In this document: positions 63,448 to 64,000 of the stretch, piece by piece
How the letters are laid out: every line of letters begins with the position of its first letter
Position numbering within the stretch: position 1 is the first letter of the stretch
The notes under the pieces: generated by a model
The model's database searches: none
The model's input: only the letters and a program-made list of their open reading frames with translations
What the model was told of the DNA's origin: nothing
NCBI GenBank assembly: GCA_951406725.2
Contig: OX597824.1
Span: forward strand, 21,390,001-21,454,000
Direction: 5' to 3'
Source: Octopus vulgaris
Taxonomy: Eukaryota
DNA length: 64,000 bases
Position numbers and translations under genes: made by a program

Positions 63448-64000
63448 ATTATATCCAAAGCTAAGACTAAAAAAACGTAGTGATTTCACGTTTTCTTTTC
63501 CTTCCTTCTTTCTCTCCTTTTTTCCTTTTACCATTTATACCTCGGTGCCTACCGAAATGGCTTGATCCATATTGCATCGTGCATTCTCTGGTCAGATGTC
63601 TGTCGGTCTTTGTGCATTTTTTTTGACTGCATGATGAATGTCGTTGCACCATAATTCCCCCGCCCCCTCTACTTCACTGCTTCAGTTCTTTTCATGCATG
63701 GTATATTGTGCATCCACTCTACCTGCAGTGCTTTCTCTTGTTGCTAGTGTTACCTTTAAATGTTAGTTCGGTAAATATAGCACCGTTTGATTATATCCAA
63801 AGCTAAGACTAAAAAAACGTAGTGATTTCACGTTTTCTATTTTCTTTTCCTTCCTTCTATTCTCTTTATTTTTATTATTACCATTTATACCTCGGTGCCT
63901 ACCGAAATGGCTTGATCCATATTGCATCGTGCATTCTCTGGTCAGATGTCTGTCGGTCTTTGTGCATTTTTTTTGACTGCATGATGAATGTCGTTGCACC
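63448..64000. repeat. Direct repeat with a period of about 342 bp (63448-63650 / 63790-64000)
   Basis: atatccaaagctaagac...gtcgttgcacc occurs twice, nearly identical; the second copy runs to the window end. Confidence 0.9.

Overview
AT-rich, repeat-dense eukaryotic genomic DNA. I infer a coleoid cephalopod, probably Octopus, from the SINE and microsatellite repertoire. The window lies inside one + strand gene encoding a BRSK/SAD-1 (AMPK-related, brain-selective) Ser/Thr kinase. Five small GT-AG coding exons (2479-2573, 23748-23833, 32414-32554, 41466-41582, 53291-53324) splice in frame and encode kinase subdomains I-VIII. The first exon and the downstream exons were not found in the window. 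The 9-21 kb introns are filled with tRNA-derived SINEs, RTE and CR1 LINE relics, mariner relics, Tc2-, hAT-, piggyBac- and Merlin-like MITEs, non-autonomous Helitrons and microsatellites. Almost all ORFs in the supplied track are low-complexity or repeat artefacts. The most interesting non-gene signals are: (1) several (TA)n-embedded fold-back elements carrying type I hammerhead-ribozyme motifs with long stem II (Penelope-like pLTR relics), with the best-preserved copies antisense to the host gene; (2) a twin-primed (5'-inverted) RTE insertion with a 13-bp TSD; (3) a candidate 27-nt poison microexon; (4) a 32-bp minisatellite built from branch-point/polypyrimidine-like units that runs into a splice acceptor; (5) a near-perfect local inverted duplication. 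Exon coordinates were counted base by base; repeat boundaries are approximate. No database search or RNA folding was run.
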